64,000 bases of DNA, from assembly GCF_009914755.1 (NCBI RefSeq), contig NC_060945.1, one strand, 5' to 3'. Origin of the DNA: the human T2T-CHM13v2.0 reference genome, Homo sapiens. How positions within the stretch are numbered: position 1 is the first letter of the stretch; each line of letters begins with the position of its first letter. This document shows, one piece after another, positions 13,430-26,316 of this stretch. The notes under the pieces were generated by a model. That model saw nothing but the letters and a program-made list of their open reading frames with translations, made no database searches and was not told the origin of the DNA. Made by a program: the position numbers and the translations under genes.

Positions 13430-14330
13430 CCTTGGAGGCAGGGCACTGCTCGTTCCCGCGGCCGCTCGGCCCCGCCCGCTCCCTCCACCCCGATTTCCCA
13501 CAGGGCTTGCAGGCATCGCCCCAAACAGACTCTGTCACCCAAGCCATGTGCCTGGGCCTGCCTTTGGGTGTGGATGGGGGGTGCCTGGCGGGGGGTGCCT
13601 GGCGGGGAGTGCTCTGAGTGCAGGAGCGGACACCCAGGCTGCCCGAGGAGGGCAGGGCGTGAGGACTGGGACAGCCGCACCCCTGCTGCTTGGCACGACC
13701 CAGTGAAGGAATGACGTCCGCAAGGGCCACGTGAGCTTGGGGCGGGCGGTGCCGGTGGAGGGAGAGGCAGAGGCTGTCAGCCTCTCCCCACCCCTGCCTC
13801 ACGTGGCCACGCCCGACGTCACCGTGTCTTTCTTTGTGAGAGCTGAGTCCACCGACCCCACCTTGTTTAGATTAGGTTGGAAGTCACCTGGGCTGAGCTG
13901 ATGGCTGATTCCGTCAGCAAAAAGAACTGTGGAACATACTGGCACTTGGGCCGGTGTGAAGCCACCCCCCTGCCATGAAAAATGGCTCTTCCCTGCCACA
14001 GCCGGCCCAGCGGGAGCCAGGTCAGGGCCTGGAGACACAGCGCCCCCCACCGGAGCCACTGCCCGGCCCAGCAGCACCTGCGGAGAATCCCACCAGCTCC
14101 CACGCCTCCCGCCGCGCCACCGCCCCGGCTTTCTGCAAATCCACCTTATGGAAGCCGGATAAGGTGAAGTCCACATATAACTAAAAGCGAGTTACTGAGG
14201 GTTACTTTCTTTGCAGAGTGGTTCCCCTAAAGGATTCCTTTAAACATGATCCGGTCAGCCAGTGCTCACTTACGTTCACCAAGTCACGTCGGTTTGTGGC
14301 GGCAGGAGCCCAGCGTGCCAGGCACCTGCG
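13430..14330. promoter_or_regulatory. CpG-rich regulatory patch with CRE-like, E-box and MARE-like sites
   Basis: TGACGTCC 13712, CACGTG 13728 and 13800, CGACGTCA 13814, GCTGATTCCGTCAGCAAAAA ~13904-13923. Confidence 0.5.
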
Positions 14331-14490
14331 GGAGGGGAAGATGCTGGGTGGGGCCCTGCTTTCGACACTTTGCATCTTAAGCAGGTGAGCAGACAGGCAC
14401 ACATTTGCTCACTCAGTTCCTTGGGGTAGCTCTGATGGGCAGGGAAAACACACCAAGGGCCAATCGTGTGGCACCGACTCGCCGTCTCTC

Positions 14491-14647
14491 TATTGTATTT
14501 TATAGAAACGGTCTCACATTCGCCCAGGCTGGAGTGCAGTGGTGCAAGCATAGCTCATTGTAGCCTTGAACTCCTGGGTTCAAGCCATCCTCCCACCTTA
14601 GCCTCCCAAAGCGCTGGGATTACAGGCATGAGCCAACACACCTGGCC
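14491..14647 (-). mobile_element. Monomeric Alu (FAM/FRAM-like)
   Basis: Single ~155-bp Alu monomer in reverse orientation. Confidence 0.85.
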
Positions 14648-14920
14648 GGCACCAACTCTCAGCCACGCTGTCGCAGACAGCGGGGCCCCTGCTTGCTGCT
14701 GGATGTCACCTCCCAGCCCTGAGAGGCTGGGGATGGGAGCCGGCAGCACTCCTTTGCACAGAGCACCGCAGGAAGCACTGGAATCCGGAAAGAGAGAGGG
14801 TGCCGTGAGCAGACTTCCCGGCAGGCGTCAACCTCCTGTGTGGTCAGGAGTGCAGGCGCTGGGGCCGGAACCCTGGGCACTCGACCACAACCGCCTGGGC
14901 AACGTGGCCAAGTGGGCGCG

Positions 14921-15358
14921 TGTCCTGGGGCTCTTGCAACAAGCCAGGTGGCCTCAACAACAGATACTGATTCCCTTACAGCTCTGGGGACCAGAAGCCC
15001 CAAATTAAGCTGTGGGCAGGGCTGCACTCCCTCCAGAGGCGCTAGAGGGGGATCTTCCTTGTCTCTGGCAGCTTCTGGTGGCCCAGGCGTTCCTTGGCTT
15101 GTGGCTGCCTCCCTCCAGTCCCTGCCTGGCCCTCCCACGGCCTCGGCCCCTCTCCATGTGGCTCTCCCTGGGTTTTCTCTTCTCTTCATGAAGGCGCTTG
15201 TCCTTCACACCAGGCGCTGTGGTCCAGCCTGACAGCCCAGGACGATCACGCTGCCAGGTCTTGACCTGATTATATCTGCAAAGACCCTTTTTTCAAATAA
15301 GGTCATCTTTACAGGTTCTGGGACACAGACAGATCTTTCTGTGGGGACACCATTCAAC
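14921..15358 (-). mobile_element. MaLR solo LTR (MLT1C-like)
   Basis: cagcttctggtggcccaggcgttccttggcttgtggctgc...tctgcaaagaccctttttcaaataaggtca. Confidence 0.85.
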
Positions 15359-16332
15359 AAAGAGGGGAAGCCACAGCCAGACCCCCCTCCGCTCAAAGGC
15401 TTGCTGTTTCCTATGTTGCCCGCCACACTCCGTGTCTATAGAGCTGGGACAGTGGCAGTGCCCACCTCAGAGGTCACCGTGCAGATTAAATTCATCCCTA
15501 GACACGAAGTGCTGGGTGCAGGCACAGAGAACTGGAAGGAAAGGTTTCCTGTGACCGTGTGCTCCTTCTGCCCTCGGCTCGGGGTCTCTGCTGTGCTCGG
15601 CGTGGGTGGTGATGAGGATGTCACTGGGTGCACAGCTGGCCCCGCAAGCTGCCCGGACCCCAGGCCTCCCCTCTTTCCAGCCAGGATGTTGTGTGCTCAC
15701 AGCCTCTCAGGGCCACAGGTGCAGTGACTGCTGCTGCTGTGTGCTTATTTGCTGCAGAGACTCCACTGGGGCCAGGCTGAGCAGGACTCCCCAGACATAT
15801 CCAGAGGTCCTTCGAGAGGGCCGCATGGCAGGCACAGGGTTGAGGGGCCTGGTGGCATGGCCACGGCTCACCTGGGAGCGCAGGTGGGAAGCCCCCACAC
15901 CTAGCAGAGTGCAGCTCCTTCCCGCACAGCCACCTGCGCTCCTTGGCCTGACCCCGTAGGGCTCTCAATAAGAAACGGGGGCTTCCCCTCCTCCAGTCTC
16001 ACCCTCAGTCTCCACGTTGTCTCCACCTAGCACCTCCTCCTCTGATGCGTCACAGTCACAGGTCCTGGTGAGGAGGGAGCCACGCCAAGCACAGCGGCTG
16101 GAACAGGGGCAAGTGGGTGCCCACCCCGAAGTGCAGGCAATGAACTTGTGCTGTAGCCCATGGTGAGCTGTGGGGCTGTTTGTGACTGCAGCGTAGCCAA
16201 GCCCATCCCGCCTGATGCGGCCTCTTCATCCAGAGTGGGGGTGACGTGCCAGCCCCCACCTCACCGGAATGCTGGGAGGAGCGTCTCCACGGAAGGAGCT
16301 CACTTTGTCAGCTGTAATGTGCTGTGACTATC

Positions 16333-16703
16333 GTGTGAGTTCCCGGGTCACTGTAACAAGTCCCACAGCCTGGGGGCTTCAACAGAGAGAGCCTGAATGG
16401 CTCTCTCACCATTCAGGAGGTGGAATCCAGGGTCAGGGTGCGGCTCCGCTGGCTCCTGAGGCCTCTCTCCTTGGCTCTGTCTCCTGCTACTGTCCTCACA
16501 AGGCCATCCCTCTGTGTGGGTCTGTGTCCTCATCTCCTCTCCGTATAAGGACACCAGGCAGATTGGGCCAGGGCCACCCCACCAGCCTCATGTTACCTTA
16601 ACCACCTCTGTGAGGACCCCATCTCCAAGTAAGGTCCCTTGCGGAGGCATTGGGGCTTAGGGCTGCAGCATACAGATCTGGGGGAGACACACGGCCCCTA
16701 ACA
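16333..16703 (-). mobile_element. MaLR solo LTR (MLT1A/B-like)
   Basis: tctcctctccgtataaggacaccaggcagattggg...ccttaaccacctct...terminal ggggagacacacggcccctaaca. Confidence 0.8.
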
Positions 16704-16944
16704 GTATCAAGGGTGGGTGGGCCCTCATAGGATAGGACAGCCGCCCAGTGGGGAGACACGTGGCCCCTAACAGTATCGAGGGTGGGTGGACCCCCATAGG
16801 ATAGGACAGCCGCCCAGGGGGGAGACACGTGGCTCATAACAGTATTGAGGGTGGGTAGAGCCCGATAGGATAGGACAGCCTCCGGGGGAGACACGCGGCC
16901 CATGACAGTCTCGAGGGTGGGTGGACCCCCACAGGACAGCCGCC
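16681..16944. repeat. Minisatellite, ~69-bp unit x ~3.9
   Basis: Units start at 16681, 16750, 16819 and 16885. Confidence 0.95.
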
Positions 16945-18250
16945 GGACATTTCCTCCTCTGCTAGTCTGAAAATCACACTGTCTTAGGCAGACAGGGAAG
17001 AATCAACATTTCCATGCCAGGCAGAGGCCCCCGGAGCGCAAAGGACCAGAGGATCAAAGAGCAAACGTCACCCTCAGGGTCTAACGTGCAGGTGGCAGGA
17101 CCCCGGCCCTTCCTGTGTATCTGATTGTGGGTTTTGTCTCTGCCACGTGCAGGGATGGGTGCAGACTCCGTCCAAGGTCTTGGCAGGAAGAGAAAACTGC
17201 CACTGCAGAGGGGCTGGCTGAGGGGCTGGGATGGGGTCCCCGGGGCGCGGAGCTGCACACCAGCCCCTCGCACCTAGGCAGAAGGTCCATTGCCCTCTGC
17301 CCCGCAGCCTGCCCGTTCCCAGGCCAGCGAGGGCGCTCCCAGGCCGGTCTGCAGCCAGAACACAGCCCGTTCCATGTGCTTGTCCTCGGGACACATTAGG
17401 AATGAACCCAGGCCTCAGTCCTGGCCTCCTCCTCAAGGCTGGGTGCTCAGACGTCCCCCTCAGCCCCTTTCTCTAGACCTTCCGGCTGAACAAACGAGAA
17501 CATCTCACAGCCCTGCAACAGCCAGGAGCTGCTCGTGGAGCTCCACGCCCGGCTGGAGAGAGAGGAGGCACCCTGGGCAGCCCGCCAGCACCCAGGCTCT
17601 CACAGTGGAAGCCCACGTCTTCTTGGGCTCTATTTTGAAAGCTGTTCTTTCCACGACGGCTTTGACAAGAATCGATTTGAGTGAGCCGGCGTGTCAATAC
17701 AGGCCAGCACAGGACTGGCCTCAGGGCCACATTGGGGAGGGTGGCGACCAGGCCCTGGCTGCAGCCCACGTGGGCAAAAGCATGGCCAGGCAGGAGGTGG
17801 GGCCTGTGAGCTTGGCTACAGCGACCGTGGGCGCTGGGCCCGGGGCTCCTCAGCCCTGAGGGGAGACCCAGGCCCAGGCAGGCTCCCAGGCGGGCTCCCG
17901 GGCTCCCAGCCTTCCGATCTTCTCCCTTTGAGACCTTGCCTTCTGCACAGTGACAGGAAAGAGCCCTGAGTCCCACTTTGCAGGGATGTATTGCATTTCC
18001 AGAAAGTTCCTTCCGGGTGCAGAGTGATACATGAACCCTGGGGACTCACTCCAACTTGGTATTGATTTTCTCCACGGAGGACCCAGCAGTCACGGCCCGT
18101 GTCTGCACAGCCCCTTGGATCCTGCGGAGGAATTCAGCCGGCCCCTCCCCCTGTGCCGAAAACCACGGAGGCAAAGCCAGGCCAGGTTCAGGTTCCACGC
18201 AAAGCGCCCTCCTGTAGCCAAGCCCAGCCCCATGAGGTCAGGAGGCCTGG

Positions 18251-18314
18251 GTGGGGTCCCAGGTGGGGAGGCCGCCTGTGTGGGGTCCCAGGTGGGGAGG
18301 CTGCCTGTGTGGGG
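18251..18314. repeat. 29-bp tandem duplication, G-rich
   Basis: gtggggtcccaggtggggaggc(c/t)gcctgt x2.2. Confidence 0.9.
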
Positions 18315-21300
18315 GCTCCCGCCAGCGCCCCTCCCCGCTCATGGAGGCACAGGGACAGCCATGTGTGCCCGCAGGACGCCTGGCTCTGCCCACTCGCCCC
18401 CACAGCATGCTGAGGAGCTCGGGCTTTGCTTTCTAGGGTACAGTGAGAACACGGGAGAGGACTGAGAGACCGCTGGCTGCCGAGGGAGGAAGAGCAGGAT
18501 TCGCACCCCCGTCATCGCTGGGCCCACACGCTGCCGACAGCTTCCGCGTGTGGCCATCTGTCTTTCAGAAACCCTCTGGCAGAGGGACCCAGCAGATGAC
18601 ACGGGGGCCGTTCACACTCTGAAACCTGCCTGGAGTCAAAACACTGCTGGCGAGCCTCCACCGCAAACCCAATCCAGATGGTCTTCCCTGGTGGCCCTCG
18701 GGGTGGCGGGCACCCTGCCCACTCCCTGCCAGCCCCTGCCCGCTGGACTCCAGGCCCGGCCGAGCCCCCGACCGGTCTCCTGACCCAGCATGCTGCTCTC
18801 CCCTGGGCCCGGCTTTCTCGCCCGCTGGGACTCCCAGGCCCCTCCAGCCCAGCCCCGAGAGCAGGAGCCCCAAGGGAGGCTTGGCGGCTGTGGAGGCGAG
18901 TGGGCCACGTGTAGCTGGGAGGCCGGCAGGACCAGGAGCCCCTCACAGCGCAGCACCCACAGCATCACGAGCCACTTCCACTCCTGGGTGGCCTGGGGGC
19001 CCCCACCCTGCTCTGAGCTGCCCCTTGTTGTGACCTGGGGTCCCCCGTGGTGGGCCCGCCCCTTGCGCCTGGGATCCAGCCTCAGCGAGGCTCCAGAAGT
19101 GTCGTCTCCGCCGGCCAGGCGTCAGCGCCTCCACCCAGGATCACACACTCCTATCTCTGCACTTCTGCCCTCCATCCTGCTCCACGCCGCCTCTGCTTGT
19201 TATTCCAGCACATTCCAGGGTGATGCCTGCTGAAGCCACGCAGCCAGTGCCTCCACCCTACCCCCCATCTGACCCACCGGCCCCTTCCGCACGCTGGAAG
19301 CCTGCCCGGCCTGAAGTGTCCTCACCTGTCGCCCTATCCTCCCCTCCACTCCAGCCCACCGGTGACTCAGCCCTCACAGCTCTCTCCTCCCCGAGGGAGC
19401 CGGTGACTTGGCTCTGATGGTGCCGGGACCCAGCCCCGGCATGTTCAGAATCCTTGTCCTTTAACCTGCGTCCACATGTAGTCGCCTCCACCTCCCTGCC
19501 TGAACCTCCAGGCCCTGCAGAGCAAACACTGCTGCCTGCAGGAGACCCCTGGGGCCTTCTCCGTCCCCTCATCCTCCTAAGGAGCCTCCCCTGCCACCGT
19601 GCCAGAATGTGCCGGAGGAACAGAGGCCCGAGCCTCCCGTGGCCCCAGCGAGGCTTCCTCTGGGGAAGACAGTGAGCCCAACGCCCTGGCTCTCGAGGGG
19701 TGGACGGAGTCCAGCTGGCATCGACCGGGTGCCCCTCTTCACCGGTGTCCACAGTCCTTGAGAGCAAAGGTGGTCCCAGCAGTGGAGCAGAGGGCAAGGG
19801 TGGGGCATGTAGAGTCTCCAGGGAGCCACTGTTGGTTAGAGAGGGAGCCCGAAGTGGGCTCCGGACCCCAGCAGGGACAGCGTCCCCTTCCAGCGGGGGC
19901 AGCCGATTGATCTGGGCACACGAGCAGGAGGAGCGGCGCCACCCAGGGCTGACCTCACGGCCCTGCTCACGTCTCGGGGCATTTTGGCAGACCCACCTAG
20001 ACCTGGGGGACAGCCTGATTTCCTGCAGCCATGACCTACAAGGGTGGCAGCTCTCTCAGGCTTGAGTAACCAGGACACAGACCTGGGCCATTTAATGCGC
20101 AGGCAGCCCCAAGTCCCGGCAGGGCCAGAAGCAGAGACGGCGGCTGGGGATGAAAGTGCACGCTGGTCCCAGATGGGGCTGGGGGTGAAAGCTGCATGCT
20201 GATCCCTGGGCCCCCTCACTCTATGAGCTCCTGAAAGGAGGGAAGCCCCCACACCCTACTGAGTGGAGTGCTCCTTGGCCTGGGACCCCGTCCAGTGTCT
20301 GCTGCTGTGGGGGCGGGCTCTGGGCAGAGAGAGGCCAGACAGGCACCCAGGAAAGCTGGAACACATCCCTCCTGCTTCCCCCAGGGTTCCCAGAGGCGAC
20401 TTCCCTCCTGCACAGGCATTTGTCATCCTTACCCTCTAGGACAGCTTTGCCATGTGCAGTGAACCCCTGGACAGTGTTGCGTGCCACTTTGCCGGATTTG
20501 GACTGTATACAGACCGAAGCATGTGGCATGAAGCCTTCTGCTGTCAGCAAGTTCCTTGTCCCTCGACAGTATGTGCCCAGGCTGCCCTTCAAGGTGGCAG
20601 TGATGGCAGTTGTCTCTTGCACGCTGCGTACAGTTCTGTCACTGACTCTTACACACAGCCCTGGAGACGGGAGAGTGCCGGGAGCATTCTATGCAAGTGT
20701 CCTGGCCTTTGCGGGCGTCTCCACAGCACAAACACGAGTCAGGGACCACCCCTCTTCTGCTTCCATGATTCCACCAACTGGGTGGGGCAGAGCAGTGCCA
20801 GGGCCGGAGGCACGCCCCAGGTGAGGGCAGGTGGCCATGCCAGTGAGTGCACTGCGTTCTCAGTTAATTCATCCGAAATATTTCTAAGTTTCTTGATTAT
20901 TGCAGTTGCATCCCCAAGATAATGCCGCCCTCACCAAGTAGAAGGCACATGTGCTCTGATGGCCCCTCCCACACTGGGGTCAGGGCACAGCAACTTAGCG
21001 AGGCGACGTGGGGGCTCAGAGGACCTCGGACCAGGCTCGGCACATGGGGCTTCTCCAGCCAGCCAGGGGGAAGCACCCTGCAGACTGCTAACTTTTGCAA
21101 AATAGAGTAAAAAAGATCAGCTAGAAAAATAAAACAAAAAAGGAAAGATATACAAAATACAAGGCCATTTATATTGTTGCATTTAACAGTCATCAACTCA
21201 CTCCGTCTGAGGGGCGTTGGCATCTGTGGACACACTCAGTGCCGAGGTTTGTCCCACTGCGGGCAGGCACAAGCGGCTTCCTGGGGGCTGGCCCTCGCCT

Positions 21301-21601
21301 GCTCTGCGTGGCTGTGCTGCATGGGACACTGAGGCACCCGTCGGCTGCTCACTGCCTGGCTGCATCTGTGAGGGAGGAAACGAGCTGGGTACCAGCTCAG
21401 CCTCTGAAGACCCCACGGGTGCCCTAAGCTGTGATGTCTGTCCCCAAAGTTCATTTTGGGTGGGAGTGCTGGGGGTGCAGGGACAGAGGGTTCCAGCTCA
21501 CCCAGGGCCAGCCCTGACCAGACGGCAGGAACCAGGGTCTGCGGCTGGATGCAGACGGCAGGCAGATCATTCTGGGGAAATCCCTTTCTTAAACCACATA
21601 C

Positions 21602-22022
21602 TGTCCTGGGCTGAGCAGGCCCCCCTAAAAACTCATGTCAACTCAGAACCTCAGAATGTGACCTTATTTGGAAATAGGGTCTTTGCTGATGTAATCAAGT
21701 TAGGGTGAGCTCACACTGGAGTATGGTGGGCCCTCATCCAATGACGGCATCCTTGTAAGAAGAGGGAAGTCAGCCCCACAGATGCAGGGAGGACAGCCAC
21801 GTTTCAATGGAGGCAGAGACTGGAGCCACACAGCTGCACGCAGAGGGACGCCCGGGGTCACCAGGAGCTGGAAGAGGCAGGGAGGACCCTCTCCTCGGGC
21901 CTCCAGAGTGGGCAGGGGCCTGAGGATGCCCTGATCCCCAATTCCAGTCTCTAGAGCTGTGAGAGGCTCAGCATCTTAGCTCCCCAGCGTGTGGCCTCTG
22001 TCAGGGCAGCCTTGGGAGCTGA
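21602..22022 (+). mobile_element. MaLR solo LTR (MLT1C-like)
   Basis: cagaacctcagaatgtgaccttatttggaaatagggtctttgctgatgtaatcaagtta. Confidence 0.9.
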
Positions 22023-22779
22023 GCCTGGCCCCTAACTCTCAGGAGCTCTCCCACAGACGGGGTTCTGCATCTCCCGAGCACGTCCGAAGCCCCCTTTCCA
22101 CAAGGGCCACTGCTCGCCAGGCTGACGGTGACCGCCACTTCCCTAGGGACCCACCTTCTGTTCCCAAAGGCCCTGCCTGACACCTGGCCACTCAGCCCCA
22201 CCCCGCCTAGCCTGCACGCCCCACATGTCCACGGGGTCTTCTCTGAACGGGCCTGGCCTTTCGGTGGGGAGGCGAGGACTCCATTTGAGGGCTGGCCCCT
22301 GATTGCTCCAGCATTTCAGTGACATTGTGCCCCAGGCCGAGGGAAGACTCTGGAAAAACTTCCCACCAAACTCCTCTTCTGCAGAGTTGAGCTGACAGGA
22401 AGTCTGTAACTTTCCTGCAAAACGTTATTCTACCCCCGCCAGGTGAGCTGAGATGGCAAAGGCTGACGACAAGGGTCCCGGGAGTCCCCACAGCTATGGG
22501 GGAGGGTAACTGGCCCCCCCCCACCCTGTGGGGAATAGCAGCAAAGCTTCACACAACCCCCAGGGCCAGTGTCTGCTGCTGAGCGCAGGTCCCACCAGAG
22601 CCAGCACGAAAGCCATAGAAAGACAACCTGAAGTCACCAGTGTCCCTCGGCAGAAGGAACAACCCGTGGTGTCTCCCGCTCCCTCCCTGCACAGCCATGA
22701 AAAGAAAGGGCCTGTGTACTCTAACAGCAGGGAGAACACAGTCCCCAAGACCCCCACAGGCTGGGAAGTCAGAGATCAC

Positions 22780-22975
22780 AGGAGAGGTCACCTCTGGGGG
22801 TCATGACTCGGGGGAGTCCCTGGGGGGGACCAGGGGTTCTCTGTGGTTCTGGCGTGCTCTTGGAGGGACTCACTGACACGCACGGCGGTTACACGGGCGC
22901 AGACACGCAAAGACCTGAGCACGAGATAAGATTTGTGTCTTTCGTGGTACGTCAGCTTTACCCCATTTTTAAAGA
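22780..22975 (+). mobile_element. Degraded L1M 3' tip
   Basis: ggcggttacacgggcg...taagatttgtgtctttcgtggtacgtcagctttacccc resembles the L1ME terminus. Confidence 0.5.
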
Positions 22976-25900
22976 CTTTCAAAAATGTTATTCTGGGCAT
23001 ATGCTTTGAACAGATTGTAACCCCACCCCAGAAGGAGGACCTTGGATGTGGAGCTGGCAAGCTGGAGCCGCCCAGGGCTGTCCGTCTCCCTGTGGCTTCT
23101 TCTCCAGGAGGCTCCCGGGAGCAAAGCCGAGTCGGCAAGGCCATCCGCCCGCTGAGCAGGTGTTGGCTGCCTGGGTGGCACTTCCTGTGCTGAGGCTCAG
23201 GGCTCTGAGCCCTCATGGCACATAAGGTCTTGAGGACAGTGACCACACAGCCCAATCGGCCGGGCAGGTGGACTTAGGAGGGAGAGCCGGAGGCTGCAGA
23301 GTGTGCTCCGAGGTACCCTCCGCCTGGGACTGTAAGAACAAAGAAGGCTCTGGGGTAAGGTGACAGGGACAACTCCAGCAGAGAAGCGGAGGGAGGGGTG
23401 GAGACAGCACGAGATGACCGGAGACCACATGTTGGGTAGTGCCGGCGGGGGGAACTATGGGAAAGGGATTGGGCCTGGCATGAAGACCCCCAGCCCAGCC
23501 CCGTGGGGGTCCTAGCAACCCCAGAAGTCCTGCTAAGACCCTGGCACAGACCCCACTTCCCTGAGACTCAGCTTCCCCATCTTTAAAGTGAAGCCTGGCG
23601 CCTGCCTGTGAGTGCGCTGAAAATCAGATGATGGCAGCCACAGAGGCGCTCAGCACAGCGCCCAGCGCAGGGCCGGGACCCAGAGTGGACTCTACCGTGG
23701 GGCTGCCTCAAAGAAATCTCAGCAAACACAGGAAGCCAGCCCACCCGTGCAGCCATGGGGCCAGGAAGCCCGCCCTTTACCAAGTCATTTGGGCATTTTT
23801 TCTCTGTGCTAACAGCCCAGATGGAGCCATAGCCTCAACCTCTGTGTTCTGATAACACCAAGCTGGGACGCCGGAGCCATGCAGGGGACAGTGCCCGGCC
23901 TGAGGCTGCAGCCTGGGTCTGGATGCCTTTCTAATTCAGGGCCTCCTCATGGCCTGGTTCCATAAATGGTCAAATGCAGCCTGACAGCGCAGCCTCCTAT
24001 CAGCGCTGGGCTCCGTACCGCCACACAGCCCACATACCCCGTTCCCCAGGAGACGCCCGCAGGTGGGCAGCGTCACTCCCACCCGCCGAGCACACGCTGT
24101 CCCCGTCTCGTGTCCCGAGGAGCCGGAAGCAGCTGCTTCCTCCCAGCCTGAAAGCTGCACCTCGGGCTGCACTCGGCTCCCCGAACCCGCCCTCCGCTGC
24201 CCTGCAATTCGCCAAGGGAGCTACCCTTCCCATATAAAAATTTCACCTCCATTTCCTTGTAGAGAAGAAACATTTCTGACAGCAAGGAAGATTCTAATTT
24301 GAAAAGCAAGTGATTCATCTCCCGGTGCCAAACAGCAGACGCAGGCGTTACCAGTCTGGGTGGGGCGCCCGAGCTGGGGACCTGGGGTCCTCTGGGAGGG
24401 GCAAGAAGGCAGCGATGCTGGCCCCCGCCTCCATCTGCCCATCCCATCTGCTTCCACACACCGCCCTGCCGTAGCTGCTTGCAGCCCTTCTCTGTCAGTT
24501 TCTCCATCTTTTGGTTTGGTGATAAATGAGAGTTCCCATCGGGTGTGCCACCCTCTGTGTGACGGGGAGCAGAGAAGACCCTGCGTCCAAGTCCTCCTGG
24601 GGGAAGAGCGAAGATGCTGGGACCAGCCCCAGCTGTCAGGGGGTCTCCAATCCCAGCAGGGAGGCCCCACGCATGGCTAGGATGCCCCAGACCCCAGGAA
24701 CTGAAGGAAGTGGAAAGGAGGGCCCGCAGTCCTAACTAAGGGTTCAGACACCCCCCCAGTGCACATCCAGGCACGCCCCCACCCCCTAGGCCTGGTTCTA
24801 GGTCTGCTAGCTCCGAGAAGGCCCCTAACAATGACGCAGTCAGAGGGGCTGCGCTGGGCTCACGCTCAGTCCCACTGCCCCAGGGGTAGATCCGGCCCCT
24901 GGCCCACGCGCTGTGGAGCCTTGGAGTGTCTGTGCGCCCCTTCCTTGGAGGGCAGCTGCTGAGGGGCTGCTGCGGGACCGGGGAGCCTCCTGGCAGCAAG
25001 CACTCCCAATGCGTTGCTGGGACGCTGTGATGGAGACAAGATCCTGGCTTTGAAGAAAGCCCTTTCCACCCTGTCCATGTGGGGGTCTCCCGGTGCCCCT
25101 GAGCCAGCGGCCCCCTCCTGCAGGCTCCGGAGGACTCCCCTGCCTGCATCTGGTCTCGCATTTCCTCCGTGACCTCCAAGCTCCCACTGGGGGCACACGG
25201 CTGCCCCGCTGACCCCAACTCTGACCCTGTGCCGGTGGTGGGCAGCATCTGGCATGGGGGAGGTACCATTTCTTCCACACTCGCGCGTCCTCAGCCCAGA
25301 TCATCCGGTGAAGTTTCCCCAGCAAGTGGCTCCCCCTGCCCCCTCCACCCTGCCAAGTGTGGTCCCTGGGCCCCCGACTTCCCTTCTCAGCCTCTGCCCC
25401 TGGGTCTGGGGCATGCATCCAGCCATCCACGCTCAGGGAGGCCACCTCCTCCCTCGCTCTCAACCACCACAAAGCTGCCCGGGACCTTGTTCTATCCTTT
25501 CCAAAAGTCCTCAGGACCTGCCTATCTACGGAGCTCCCAAAACGCCCTGTGAGCTCTCCTGGGCCCCTCCTCTCCTTGCTAATAATGTCCCACATGGTGC
25601 TGCCTGCCTGGCCCCAAAAGAAAAGGACCCTGGAGTGAGTTCTGAACACAAACTCGATGAAAGTGGCCCCCTGCTCCACCTGCCGAGTCAGCCCCTCCTC
25701 AGACTCTCCCCTTGGGCAGGGAAACCTGCCGAGGCCTGACTGTTTCTTCCTGAAACAGCCTCAGGCTGGAAGGAGAGGGATCCACCCTTGGCCATTGAAG
25801 CATTCAGCAGGAATCAGCCCTCAGGGACCGAGACCCTGCGACCAGCCCCGCCCCACAGGTGCCGGTCCTGGGCAGCCTCCCTTGCTTAGGCCACACTGCT

Positions 25901-26316
25901 CCCAAGAAGCCAGGATGAGCAGCTCGCAATAGGCCCCCAACACGCAGAGTGCCATGCAGAGGACGGGGGCACCCCAGAAAACTGCAGACACTGCATGTCC
26001 TCTGGGAGCCCCGGCCCTGGGAGACGATGTGCAGTGGCTCCAGCTCTGACCTCATGAGCCCAAGCTCCGCTACACACTGGGTCCTGACCTGACCTGGGTC
26101 CCGGCGGCTCTCCGGCCAGGCCTCTCCCGGTGCCTCCCGCCCCTGAGGCCGGCACCCAGCATCCAGGCCCCTGTATAGTCATCCCCTCTTCAGGAATCTG
26201 GGTCATGGCTGCAGGATAGGGGCTACCCAGAGCAGGATGTGGAGGGAGGGGCCGCAAAAGCCGGAGAGAATCCACAAGGCACTATTTAGCCACCTGCCCT
26301 TGATTCTAATTCTCAG

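Larger units (their letters stand above)
12100..15990 (+). ncRNA. LINC00319: Probable lncRNA LINC00319 (C21orf125); boundaries approximate
   Basis: Unverified recall of the 12057-12257 sequence. + strand splice signals: acceptor ttactttctttgcag|14217, donor CAG|GTGAGC 14384, acceptor cccctctttccag|15681; AATAAG near 15967. Confidence 0.5.

Noticed and set aside
24840-25679. 279-aa ORF
   Set aside because: No recognisable domain; stop-poor GC-rich sequence.
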